Virus record (IMG/VR): IMGVR_UViG_3300018080_001739
Span: 1-37,131 of that record
Direction: 5' to 3' (one strand)
Length of the DNA: 37,131 nucleotides
From: a virus
Lineage: Duplodnaviria; Caudoviricetes
Both the position numbers and the translations under genes were made by a program. Each line of letters opens with the position of its first letter. Positions within the stretch are counted from its first letter, which is position 1. Shown in pieces: positions 1 to 8,174 of the stretch. Under the pieces are notes generated by a model. It saw only the letters and a list, made by a program, of their open reading frames with translations. It did not search any database and was not told where the DNA came from.

Positions 1-89
1 AATGGAAAATTGAATTGGTGGTGGAGTAGTTATAATTGTTGGAAGAACTATGCCTTATAAAATATACCCTGAAGCAAAATTTAAAAAGT
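1..89. repeat. 89-bp direct repeat, copy 1 (identical to 36017-36105)
   Basis: Base-by-base comparison: identical for 89 nt, then A at 90 versus G at 36106. Confidence 0.95.
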
Positions 90-703
90 ATTGTAGAGAA
101 TGCTATGATAAGAAACCAAAAAAAGGAGCTGGCCATAGTGGGATGGTAAAGGTAGAAGGGTTAAAACCCGAAACACCCCTCCCACTTTGTGAAGGATTAG
201 AATTAGAGAAAACCACTAAGGGAAACAAACTTTATGCTACGATATACCTTGAACATTATCCAGGGAGTAAGGGGATATTAGGCCGTCAATTAAATTATTT
301 TATAAAAAAAGATGGCAAAGTTGTGGGGATAGTTGGTGTAAATTCTCCACCCTTAAATTACAAGAAATTTCGGGAATACTTCAACACCGATAACGAAAAA
401 CTATTCGTTAATAATAATGTTTTTAGAATCATTGAAACTGAAAAAAATCTTGGTACCAAAGTACTAAAATTATTAAGAAACCGAATAAGGATTGATTATA
501 AGGAATGTTACGGAGATGAATTAATGGGAATTGTAACTTTTGTAGAACCCCCAAGGACTGGGTCGGTTTATAAGGCCGATAACTGGGATTATTTAGGTAA
601 GACACAAGGAAAGAAATGCTCTCGTAGAGGTAACCATGGAAAATGGATAAATAAAGAATGGGGTGAGGGAACCAAAAAATTGATATTTGCCAAAAAAATA
701 TGA
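50..703 (+). CDS. Mom-like / DUF4338 (DruA-like) GNAT-fold protein, probable DNA modification enzyme
   Basis: Motifs EHY..GRQLNYFI, VTFVEPP, GSVYKADNWDYLGKTQG resemble Mom/DUF4338. First 13 aa are shared with the 36066 gene; an alternative start is ATG 143. Confidence 0.65.
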   Translation: MPYKIYPEAKFKKYCRECYDKKPKKGAGHSGMVKVEGLKPETPLPLCEGLELEKTTKGNKLYATIYLEHYPGSKGILGRQLNYFIKKDGKVVGIVGVNSPPLNYKKFREYFNTDNEKLFVNNNVFRIIETEKNLGTKVLKLLRNRIRIDYKECYGDELMGIVTFVEPPRTGSVYKADNWDYLGKTQGKKCSRRGNHGKWINKEWGEGTKKLIFAKKI

Positions 704-1032
704 AACGAAGCGAGATACGCAAACTAGACAAGTTTGTATCACAGAAAATACGAGAGAAAGGATATTGTGAATGGTGTGGCAAGCGAGGATATTTGCATAC
801 ACACCACATATTTTCTCGTTCTAATCGGTCTGTCCGTTGGCATTTGCCAAACCTTGTCGCTCTTTGCCCGTCTTGCCATACATTCGGCAATCGCTCCGCC
901 CACAAAGCACCTCTTGAGTTTGCAGAGTGGCTTAAAGAGGTGCGTGGGGAGGAGTGGTATAATGACTTAAGGAGAGAAGCAAGCAAGATTAAAAAGCTAA
1001 CATATGAGGAGGTATGGGAAAGTCTAAAATAA
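700..1032 (+). CDS. NinG/Rap-like HNH endonuclease
   Basis: LDKFVSQKIR, CEWC, HTHHIFSRS, RWHLPNLVALCPSCH; ATGA overlap with upstream gene. Confidence 0.8.
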   Translation: MKRSEIRKLDKFVSQKIREKGYCEWCGKRGYLHTHHIFSRSNRSVRWHLPNLVALCPSCHTFGNRSAHKAPLEFAEWLKEVRGEEWYNDLRREASKIKKLTYEEVWESLK

Positions 1033-1343
1033 AAATACTACTACCAGTTAGGTGTCCTAATTGCAATTTTTTAAACAAGTTTTCTGTCAGGGATTATGAA
1101 CAACCCAAGAGAGTTATAGACCAGATTTCCGGTCTCCCATGTCAGGCTTGTCAACAGATTATATATAGTTTTTCCACAGGAGAAGCCAGAGAATTAAAGC
1201 TCATAAAAGAGATTATTTTCGCTACACAAAGGGCAGATTTTTGGAACGATGAGATAGCTCGTCTTGAAAAAGAATACTATGAGATGCATTGTGTAAAAGA
1301 TGTGGAATTTCTGTGTAAAGGTGGCAGTTGCCATATTAAATAA
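1014..1343 (+). CDS. Hypothetical zinc-ribbon protein
   Basis: CPNC and CQAC pairs; overlaps upstream stop. Confidence 0.55.
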   Translation: MGKSKIKILLPVRCPNCNFLNKFSVRDYEQPKRVIDQISGLPCQACQQIIYSFSTGEARELKLIKEIIFATQRADFWNDEIARLEKEYYEMHCVKDVEFLCKGGSCHIK

Positions 1344-1356
1344 TTCGTGTTAAAAT
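1328..1356 (+). promoter_or_regulatory. Sigma70-type promoter upstream of the replication gene
   Basis: TTGCCA (1328-1333), 17 bp, TGn-TAAAAT (1351-1356). Confidence 0.7.
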
Positions 1357-1363
1357 TAGATAT

Positions 1364-1471
1364 ATGCTAGAAACCGAAATAACAAAAGCTTACACGAGAT
1401 TGTCCCTCATCCAAGCATGGGTGGTAGCTCTTCGGTGCTACTAGCAGGGGGCAGTCTCTTGTAAGTTTTTT
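1364..1471 (+). ncRNA. Structured leader RNA (C4-antisense-like or attenuator) before the replication initiator
   Basis: ~24-bp stem (1385-1408 with 1447-1470) enclosing two hairpins, one with a UUCG loop; upstream TGCTAG..ACCGAA is complementary to TTCGGT..CTAGCA. Confidence 0.55.
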
Positions 1472-1474
1472 GTT

Positions 1475-1999
1475 ATGGCCAACCCACAAAAGGAAGAGGG
1501 GTATACACAAATAGCTAATGAAATATTGGATGCCTTAGCACGCTATGGACACTTCGGAAGTGAAGAGTGGCGTGTTTTATTATTCATAATTCGTAAGACT
1601 TATGGCTATCACAAAAAGTGGGATACTATCTCATATAGCCAGATTGCTAAGGGAACAGGCTTAAAACGACAAAATGCACATAGAGCATTCAAAAAGCTGT
1701 CATCCAAACGGATTACACTTAGGCTAGAAAATGGCTTAATGTTCAACAAAAACTATGAAGACTGGGTGGTCTCCAAACGGATGACGCCCCTAAAAACCGA
1801 TGAAAGTGTCATCAAAAATGACCCAGTTGTCATCCAATCGGATGGCAAAAGTGTCATCCAATCGGATGAATACAAAAGAAAGAAAGAAAATAACAAAAGA
1901 AAGAAGAATTTAAAAATTACTCCTTTAACTGATACAGGTAAAAAAACCAATCAAGCACTAGAGAACATCCGGAAAATGAATCCGTGGCTCAATAAATAA
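1475..1999 (+). CDS. Phage replication initiator, lambda O-like N-terminal domain
   Basis: MANPQKEEGYTQIANEILDAL, IIRKTYGYHKKWDTISYSQIA, FNKNYEDW; internal iterons. Confidence 0.85.
   Translation: MANPQKEEGYTQIANEILDALARYGHFGSEEWRVLLFIIRKTYGYHKKWDTISYSQIAKGTGLKRQNAHRAFKKLSSKRITLRLENGLMFNKNYEDWVVSKRMTPLKTDESVIKNDPVVIQSDGKSVIQSDEYKRKKENNKRKKNLKITPLTDTGKKTNQALENIRKMNPWLNK
1699..1870. repeat. Iterons of the putative replication origin (consensus GTCATCCAAWCGGATGAC)
   Basis: Copies at 1699, 1769, 1808 (degenerate), 1829 and 1853, followed by an A-rich tract. Confidence 0.75.
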
Positions 2000-2000
2000 A

Positions 2001-2009
2001 CTATCCACA
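2001..2009 (+). promoter_or_regulatory. DnaA-box-like motif
   Basis: CTATCCACA, 8/9 match to TTATCCACA, immediately after the initiator stop codon. Confidence 0.4.
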
Positions 2010-2014
2010 GTTTT

Positions 2015-2040
2015 CAGCCCCTTTAAGGGGTTGTTTTTTT
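2015..2040 (+). terminator. Rho-independent terminator
   Basis: CAGCCCCT-TTA-AGGGGTTG followed by T7. Confidence 0.75.
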
Positions 2041-2047
2041 ACAGGTA

Positions 2048-2056
2048 TGGTATAAT
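2048..2056 (+). promoter_or_regulatory. Extended -10 promoter for the structured RNA and late operon
   Basis: TGGTATAAT (TGn plus perfect TATAAT), 9 nt before the first helix. Confidence 0.6.
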
Positions 2057-2065
2057 ACCAGTAAT

Positions 2066-2254
2066 GGGATGAACCGTTGTTTTGTGAAAGCAACTTAGGA
2101 ATGTTCTCGGACATTTAGCGTCGGTTCACAAGCCGACGGTTAATCCCCTTACGTCTCACTTCGGTGGGAGCTATGGATTAGCACCCCAAGGGATAATTTT
2201 CATCAGCGAAAGTTGGTGTCCTCAAATCCTATCCCTTGAGGCGTAAGTGGATTA
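2066..2254 (+). ncRNA. Unassigned multi-domain structured RNA
   Basis: At least eight helices with GUGA, UUCG and GAAA tetraloops and several G-U pairs; no substantial ORF. Confidence 0.7.
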
Positions 2255-2310
2255 GGAGATTAAATGTACATTCATTCAAACTTAATTACAGAAAAAATTG
2301 GGGGTAGAAA

Positions 2311-2502
2311 ATGGAAGAACGTAAGTATCTGCAAGTATGTGCGAATTGTGTCGTTTTCACGCAATGTCTTACCCAAGATTTTGTCAGGAACGATGCCGAG
2401 AATTGTCCGCATTTTGTTTATGAAGACATACAGGAACAAAGGAAAATGAACTGGCTCATAATGGAGTGCCTTGACAAACTCCACACCGAAAAAGCAACCT
2501 GA
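2311..2502 (+). CDS. Small Cys-rich protein (CxxC-x5-C-x12-C)
   Basis: G-rich SD-like sequence upstream; Cys spacing shared with the 33898 gene. Confidence 0.55.
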   Translation: MEERKYLQVCANCVVFTQCLTQDFVRNDAENCPHFVYEDIQEQRKMNWLIMECLDKLHTEKAT

Positions 2503-2559
2503 CTTATGCGGGTAGCGGAGGGTGTAGACCCCCCGACATCCTTCGCCCCGCACCAACCT

Positions 2560-3093
2560 ATGAAAAAACCAGACTACGCTTGCCTCCATCACAGTGGAGT
2601 GTCGCACGAAAAAAACAAAGACCAATTTAAAGCAAACAACGCTTATCACAGGGCGAAGTGGAATTTTAAATCTTCCCTTGGATATTATCTGGGATACAAT
2701 TACGAGATTTCTGCTAAAGGGAAAGTGCGTCAGGCAAGAGCGGACGGCGAGACTACGGCGGCGGTGTGGCAAGAGGGAATGAACGATGGCCGGTGCGTCC
2801 ATATCTGCTTAGATGGAAACTTTGACATAGAAAAACCAACGGCTCAACAGATATATGCTCTGCGTGATTTACTAAAACGTTTAAAGACAGAACACGGCAT
2901 CAAGTCCACAAATTTCAAATACCATTCAGATTTCGCAAATAAAACATGTCCGGGTAAAAACCTCCAGGAAGACAGAGATTTTATTACAAGGCTTGCATGG
3001 GAGAGAGAATCAACCCCCGAACCGAATCTTAAGAAACAGATTTACGACCACTTAAACGAACTAACAAAGTTAATTCATAAAATTGATTTATGA
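2560..3093 (+). CDS. N-acetylmuramoyl-L-alanine amidase (Amidase_2 endolysin)
   Basis: CLHHS, GYNYEI, ICLDGNFD, YHSDF, KTCPG zinc-ligand motifs. ATG 2560 preferred because 2506 lies at a strong hairpin. Confidence 0.88.
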   Translation: MKKPDYACLHHSGVSHEKNKDQFKANNAYHRAKWNFKSSLGYYLGYNYEISAKGKVRQARADGETTAAVWQEGMNDGRCVHICLDGNFDIEKPTAQQIYALRDLLKRLKTEHGIKSTNFKYHSDFANKTCPGKNLQEDRDFITRLAWERESTPEPNLKKQIYDHLNELTKLIHKIDL

Positions 3094-3263
3094 GCGAAGA
3101 AAAAAAAGACAACTCATCATTTTTAGTGATTGAAAGATTGGATATGAAGAAAGACATGGGGATTAATGAAGAATATAAAGTGGGTGATTTATATGCTTTC
3201 TGTGTGGAAAAAGTAAAGGGGAATACAGTATATTTTGATTTAAAAAAGCTAACTAAGAAATAA
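3090..3263 (+). CDS. Hypothetical protein, 57 aa (not in ORF track)
   Basis: MSEEKKDNSSF...KKLTKK; ATGA overlap with amidase, fills the gap. Confidence 0.6.
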   Translation: MSEEKKDNSSFLVIERLDMKKDMGINEEYKVGDLYAFCVEKVKGNTVYFDLKKLTKK

Positions 3264-3264
3264 T

Positions 3265-3432
3265 ATGAACAAAGACTTAGCACTAAAAGACGGCCTACTT
3301 TATCTGGCCTTTATCCTAGGCACACTGGGTATTCAAATCTTTGAAACCAATGTCTGGGCAGGAGTTGTATTATGGGGACTAACACTGGCATCGCTTGTTT
3401 TCCGTACACTCATCAAGGCTCGACAGGATTAA
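3265..3432 (+). CDS. Putative holin, 55 aa with two TM segments (not in ORF track)
   Basis: MNKDLALKDGLLYLAFILGTLGIQIFETNVWAGVVLWGLTLASLVFRTLIKARQD; near the endolysin. Confidence 0.55.
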   Translation: MNKDLALKDGLLYLAFILGTLGIQIFETNVWAGVVLWGLTLASLVFRTLIKARQD

Positions 3433-3470
3433 TCCCTGTGGAGTTTTTTAACTCAACTAAAGATAATTCT

Positions 3471-3599
3471 ATGGGCTTTCAAGAAGATATTTATCACATC
3501 ACCCTTGCAATAACAAATGCGTTAGATGCAGGGTTAATTACAAAAGAAAAAGCAGAGGAGTTAATGGTGAAATACGATATATTCCAAGATGAGGAATAA
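3471..3599 (+). CDS. Hypothetical protein
   Basis: MGFQEDIYH...; this start avoids overlap with the putative holin. Confidence 0.45.
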   Translation: MGFQEDIYHITLAITNALDAGLITKEKAEELMVKYDIFQDEE

Positions 3600-3648
3600 T
3601 GTCAACGCTTTGACAGTTTGCTAAGCTAAGTAAAAATAATTAGTTAAC

Positions 3649-3876
3649 ATGGCTGGAGTACCAGGACACAAAGGGGCAGGTGGAAGAAAGCCTGCCTATG
3701 ATGAAAAGGTAAGAACAGCAGTAATAAATAAATGCTGGCAGTTTTTGTTAGAGGAAATGGAAAGAGAGGATACTCCGAGAAGCGTTAAAAGGGATATAGC
3801 TAAATCTCTTGCAACGAAATCAGTACCTACTGATATCAACGTTGCTTCTGCCGGGTTTGAAATTAATATCAAGTAG
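3649..3876 (+). CDS. Putative terminase small subunit
   Basis: Gly-rich GAGGRKP N-terminus, FEINIK C-terminus, directly upstream of the large subunit. Confidence 0.55.
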   Translation: MAGVPGHKGAGGRKPAYDEKVRTAVINKCWQFLLEEMEREDTPRSVKRDIAKSLATKSVPTDINVASAGFEINIK

Positions 3877-3879
3877 TGT

Positions 3880-5100
3880 GTGGAAGGAAAAGAAAAAATT
3901 AATATTGAGCTTTTCGGCAAGCAAAAGGAAGCATTTGATTGTGTTAAGAAATTCGTAGCGTGTATTGCGGGAGTTCAATCAGGCAAGACAATGGGAGGAG
4001 CGTGTTGGGTACAAAAACAGTTAGCACAGGAAAAGGGCGATGGAGTTATTATTGCAAATGATTACAAGATGCTAGATCAGTCCACACTCCCAAAACTCTT
4101 TGAAGTAAATCCAGGGCTTAAGAAATTCTATAAGCAACAGCGAGGATTAATTGAACTACCCGATAAGACAAGAATATATATCAGGAGTGCGGAGAATCCA
4201 CAGGCGATTGAAGGTTTTACTGCGGCGTGGGCGTGGCTTGATGAGGCAGGTAAATACAAGTTAGACGTGTGGGTAAATATTCAGGCACGTCTCGCAATCA
4301 AACAGGGGCAGGTATTTATTACAACTACTCCTGATTCAATGAACTGGTTATTCCACGATTTCTATGACAGGTTCCTTAAGGGAGATGAAGACTTTGCCGT
4401 GTTTCAGTGGAAATCAATCGAGAACCCATACTTTTCAGAAGAGGAATACGAAAGGGCAAGGAAGACTTTATCACCGGCAACATTCAGGAGACGGTACGAG
4501 GGAACGTTTGAACAGATGGAAGGCCTTGTTTACCAACTTAGGCCGGAGCAGATTATTGAACCCATTGAGTTACATTCAAAGGACACGATAGCCGGAGTAG
4601 ACTTTGGGTGGACAAACCCATCGGCAGTATCGGTTATCAAATTTGATAAGGAAGGATTGTTTTATATCGTTGACGAGGTATACGAGGAGCAGATGACAAC
4701 GGACGAACTTATTGAGAAGTGTATTCATTTGCAAAAGAGATATAATATTACAAAGTTTTATCCCGACAGTGCAGAACCCGACAGGATAGAGGAGATGCGC
4801 CGTAAGGGACTTTATACACGGGAGATTAAAAAGGACATATTAGCAGGAGTTTCCGAAGTACAAAATTTAATTCATCAAAACAGATTAAAGGTTTTTAAAA
4901 ATTGTAAACACACGATTGAGGAGTTTTCAACTTACCACTATGAAACTCCCCAGCAAGATAAGAACCAGAAGGAAAAGCCATTGCCGTTTAATGATCACCT
5001 AATGGATGCTATACGGTATGCCATCACTTCATTTTCTTACGTAGCTGAAAAGCCGAGGCATTATAGTTATCGGCCTTTAAATAAACGTACAGGATATTAG
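3880..5100 (+). CDS. terL: Terminase large subunit
   Basis: Walker A AGVQSGKT, Walker B AWLDEAG, ITTTP, nuclease motifs GVDFGWTNP and NDHLMDAIRY. Confidence 0.95.
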   Translation: MEGKEKINIELFGKQKEAFDCVKKFVACIAGVQSGKTMGGACWVQKQLAQEKGDGVIIANDYKMLDQSTLPKLFEVNPGLKKFYKQQRGLIELPDKTRIYIRSAENPQAIEGFTAAWAWLDEAGKYKLDVWVNIQARLAIKQGQVFITTTPDSMNWLFHDFYDRFLKGDEDFAVFQWKSIENPYFSEEEYERARKTLSPATFRRRYEGTFEQMEGLVYQLRPEQIIEPIELHSKDTIAGVDFGWTNPSAVSVIKFDKEGLFYIVDEVYEEQMTTDELIEKCIHLQKRYNITKFYPDSAEPDRIEEMRRKGLYTREIKKDILAGVSEVQNLIHQNRLKVFKNCKHTIEEFSTYHYETPQQDKNQKEKPLPFNDHLMDAIRYAITSFSYVAEKPRHYSYRPLNKRTGY

Positions 5101-5102
5101 GT

Positions 5103-6845
5103 ATGGCAAAAAGAAAAAAAATACATCTAACAGACAATCAAGAGGTATTCGTACTTGAGAAAGTAAAGGAGCGTTTAAAGATAGCGGAAGACTTTCAAAA
5201 CCCTATTTTTAAGCGTCTTGCGGAGTATTACGAGTATTACAGGTTAAGCTACGGCACAAAGGATTCTGATATTTGGAGAGCAAACATAAAGGTTCCGTAT
5301 ATCAAGCAGGTTGTTGATACGGTCTTACCAAGGCTTGTGTCATCAAAACCGACAATAAACGTTCTCCCACGTGAAGAGGACGATATACCGCATTCACAGG
5401 CAATGGAGAAGCTCGTTACATACCAGTGGGATGCAATGCGAATGACAAAGAAAGTAAAGGAATGGGTAAAGGGAGGATTGATTTACGGGGTCGGACTTGT
5501 CAAGGTTGGTTGGGACTATGATGAGAAAGGCAAGGATGGCTTATGGGTTGAGCCAATATCAATCTATGATTTCTTTAAAGACCCTCGTACTTCAACGATT
5601 GACGGTAGCTGGGCAATTTATAAACAGGAACGGAATCTAGCTGAAATCAAAGAGAATCCGAATTACGATACACGAGATATAGATGCCGCTCTTTCAACGG
5701 ATAATGATGCGTTTAAAACACAACAGACCGGAAGCCTTGGAAGAAGTGAACCACAGAAGGATAGTGAGAAGACTGTGGTACTCTACGAGTATTACGGGAA
5801 GATGCCGACTAAAGAGAGCGGGGAAGAGGAAGACTGGTTTATTGTAACGGCGAATAATGTAAAAATCATAAGGGCAGTGAAACTTGAAGAGATTTATCCT
5901 TGTGGCATACCGTTTGTTGCGTTTCAAGATGATATTATGCCTAATGATTTCTGGGCGATCGGCGAGGTTGAACCTCTGCTCTCACTTCAGGATGAACTCG
6001 ATACCTTAAGGAATCAAAGGCTTGATAACAGGAAACTTATCATAAATCCGATGTGGCTTGTTGATAAGACGAAAGGGGTTAATTGGGATGATTTTGTATC
6101 AAGACCCGGAGGAATCATTGAGTGCGATGATATAAATTCTGTAAAACCACTCCCTGTGCAGGATACAACGGGAAATAGCGTACAGGAGGAGGCGATTATT
6201 AAACAGGATATGGATAGAACCTCCGGAGTATTCTCTGGTATGATGGGACAGCTCCAGCGTCCTATTGGTGCCACAGGTGAGATGAATACAACCGCAAGAG
6301 GATTCTTGGCGTCCTTGGAGCAGGCAGGAACTAAGATGCAATATAAGTTGGATAACCTTGAGGATGCCCTAAGGGAACTCGGCAGGAAGATGCTCAAGAT
6401 GAATGGCAAGTATATTTCAAGAGAACAGGTAGTGAGGATTGTCGGACGTACCGGAGTGCAGTTTGAAAAGATTCCTATTGAAAGTATCAGGAAAGAATAT
6501 GATTTGCATATTGAGGGTGGAAGCACCGAACCGCAGAATAAGACGGCAAAGCGTCAGATGTGGCTACAACTCTTTCAACTCCTAGCTCCGATGTCTCAAA
6601 TGCCGATGATGGACTATGAACCGGGACGACCGCCAATGCCAACCAATCTTAATGTAAAATACTTTATCGATAATCTGATTGATACATTCGACTTACCAAA
6701 CAAAGAGGAGGCTTTTGTAACTCAAATGCCAGCACCTCCTATGGGATTACCTGGGATGGGACAGCCTGGCTTAATGCCACAACAAAATGCAGAACTTACC
6801 CAAGGACAACCCGAAGAGAAGGGTATCGCCCAACTCCAAAGATAG
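5103..6845 (+). CDS. Portal protein (P22-like)
   Basis: 580 aa after TerL; GVGLVKVGWD, FFKDP, PFV, LQDELDTLRNQRLDN, TARG; P/Q/M-rich tail. Confidence 0.9.
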   Translation: MAKRKKIHLTDNQEVFVLEKVKERLKIAEDFQNPIFKRLAEYYEYYRLSYGTKDSDIWRANIKVPYIKQVVDTVLPRLVSSKPTINVLPREEDDIPHSQAMEKLVTYQWDAMRMTKKVKEWVKGGLIYGVGLVKVGWDYDEKGKDGLWVEPISIYDFFKDPRTSTIDGSWAIYKQERNLAEIKENPNYDTRDIDAALSTDNDAFKTQQTGSLGRSEPQKDSEKTVVLYEYYGKMPTKESGEEEDWFIVTANNVKIIRAVKLEEIYPCGIPFVAFQDDIMPNDFWAIGEVEPLLSLQDELDTLRNQRLDNRKLIINPMWLVDKTKGVNWDDFVSRPGGIIECDDINSVKPLPVQDTTGNSVQEEAIIKQDMDRTSGVFSGMMGQLQRPIGATGEMNTTARGFLASLEQAGTKMQYKLDNLEDALRELGRKMLKMNGKYISREQVVRIVGRTGVQFEKIPIESIRKEYDLHIEGGSTEPQNKTAKRQMWLQLFQLLAPMSQMPMMDYEPGRPPMPTNLNVKYFIDNLIDTFDLPNKEEAFVTQMPAPPMGLPGMGQPGLMPQQNAELTQGQPEEKGIAQLQR

Positions 6846-7068
6846 TAAAGAAGCACAGCAAGAGCGCAATGATATTCTTGCGGCTTTGAATGATTTAGAG
6901 CAAACAAAGGGCTGGGAAATAGTTAAGAAGTGGGCGAGTGAACGCACCCAGTTTGCTTATCTCGGACTTTATAGGGATGGCAAGGATGCTCACGATAAGA
7001 ATGTAGGATTTTTAGATGGACTTACTTGGATATTTAACAAGATTGATTCGTTTAAAAAGAAAAAATAA
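6787..7068 (+). CDS. Small portal-adjacent protein
   Basis: LEQTKGWEIVKKW pattern, position after the portal. Confidence 0.55.
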   Translation: MQNLPKDNPKRRVSPNSKDSKEAQQERNDILAALNDLEQTKGWEIVKKWASERTQFAYLGLYRDGKDAHDKNVGFLDGLTWIFNKIDSFKKKK

Positions 7069-7069
7069 T

Positions 7070-7201
7070 ATGCCATTTCGTAAAGTGAGTAAAAATAAAT
7101 ATAAGTCTCCATCGGGGAAGACTTTTACCGCAAAACAGGTCAAAATGTATCATGCCAACAATGGATTTCCTAAAAAAAAGCGTAAAAAGAAAAAAATGTA
7201 A
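7070..7201 (+). CDS. Small highly basic protein
   Basis: MPFRKVSKNKYKSPSGKTFTAKQVKMYHA...KKKRKKKKM; ATG follows the previous stop. Confidence 0.55.
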   Translation: MPFRKVSKNKYKSPSGKTFTAKQVKMYHANNGFPKKKRKKKKM

Positions 7202-7379
7202 GGTATGCAAACAAGAGGTTGTGATAGATGAATTTTTGAATAAAGTTATAAAACATGGAGATATAAGCTGTAACCGATGCAAGAAAGAATGGGAAAGTTA
7301 TATGAATAAAAAACCACGAGGGGGAGTGGTTATTAAGAATAATAAACAGTATATAAAAATATGCCTAAAAAATATATGA
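7152..7379 (+). CDS. Small zinc-finger protein
   Basis: CKVC...CNRC; start uncertain. Confidence 0.45.
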   Translation: MPTMDFLKKSVKRKKCKVCKQEVVIDEFLNKVIKHGDISCNRCKKEWESYMNKKPRGGVVIKNNKQYIKICLKNI

Positions 7380-7513
7380 AGAAGATGGGTGAGGAAATCT
7401 CCCCACAAAATTCAATGAAGCAGGTACCACCGCATGAACTTGATCCGATAATGGAAGTTAGCGAGGGTGATATGGGAAAAGAAACGGTGCCAAAGAGTAG
7501 CGATAAACAATAG
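7361..7513 (+). CDS. Hypothetical protein, 50 aa (not in ORF track)
   Basis: MPKKYMKKMGEEISPQ...SSDKQ fills the gap before the scaffold gene. Confidence 0.45.
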   Translation: MPKKYMKKMGEEISPQNSMKQVPPHELDPIMEVSEGDMGKETVPKSSDKQ

Positions 7514-7568
7514 TAATTAATTCTCGTTCCTCTAAGACGAAACTTAGGGAGGACAAAACCTTAAATGT

Positions 7569-8174
7569 ATGACCGATAAGGAAAAAGACGAAAAAGAAGA
7601 AGTCGAGGAATCGTCAACCGAGACCGGAGATGAAGACTCCGATAAAAAAGACGGTATTCCCCATGACCGTGTAAAAAAGATGGTGGAAAATGCTAAGGCT
7701 AAGGGCAAAGAAGAAGCCTTAAAAGAGCTTATAGATGAAGATAAGACTGAAGAACCTAAAGCGGCTCCTGAAGTCAATTCTTCAAATGAGCTTGAACAAG
7801 CCGAGCAGATTATCCAAAAGGCTGTTGACCGAGGGATGAAGCCATATATGGTTCGTCAGGAAGTTGAAAAGTTTTTGGAGAATAACCCTGATTCACTTCA
7901 GTATATTGATTCAATCAAGGGACTTAAAAAGGATAATCCTAATCTAAGTTGGGAGGATGCCTTTAAACTTGCTTCACATGAAGATAAGTTAGCAGAAGCT
8001 AAGACTGAAAGTGAAGCAAAACAAGTGGATGCGTCTAAACCTGCCGCACAGACTGAAAAGCCTATGGCGGAAACTCCAAAGGAAGAAAGACCTTTTGAGG
8101 AAAAGATTATGGATACAGAGGTACCACTTGCGGACATTGAAAAAGAGTTAAATGAAAAACTAAGTAAAAGATAA
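7569..8174 (+). CDS. Capsid scaffolding protein
   Basis: Acidic helical 201 aa, IPHDRVKKMV motif, directly upstream of the capsid gene. Confidence 0.75.
   Translation: MTDKEKDEKEEVEESSTETGDEDSDKKDGIPHDRVKKMVENAKAKGKEEALKELIDEDKTEEPKAAPEVNSSNELEQAEQIIQKAVDRGMKPYMVRQEVEKFLENNPDSLQYIDSIKGLKKDNPNLSWEDAFKLASHEDKLAEAKTESEAKQVDASKPAAQTEKPMAETPKEERPFEEKIMDTEVPLADIEKELNEKLSKR

Noticed and set aside
1-89. True terminal direct repeat of the virion DNA
   Set aside because: The second copy is ~1 kb inside the end and is followed by different sequence.
2264-2449. 61-aa ORF with an AGGAG SD
   Set aside because: Overlaps the more protein-like 2311 ORF out of frame and has no motif; not excluded as a regulatory leader.
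2507-2555. Canonical tRNA gene
   Set aside because: Too short; no cloverleaf or TTC loop.
3610-3640. Promoter before the terminase genes
   Set aside because: TTGACA is present but there is no good -10 at 16-18 bp.
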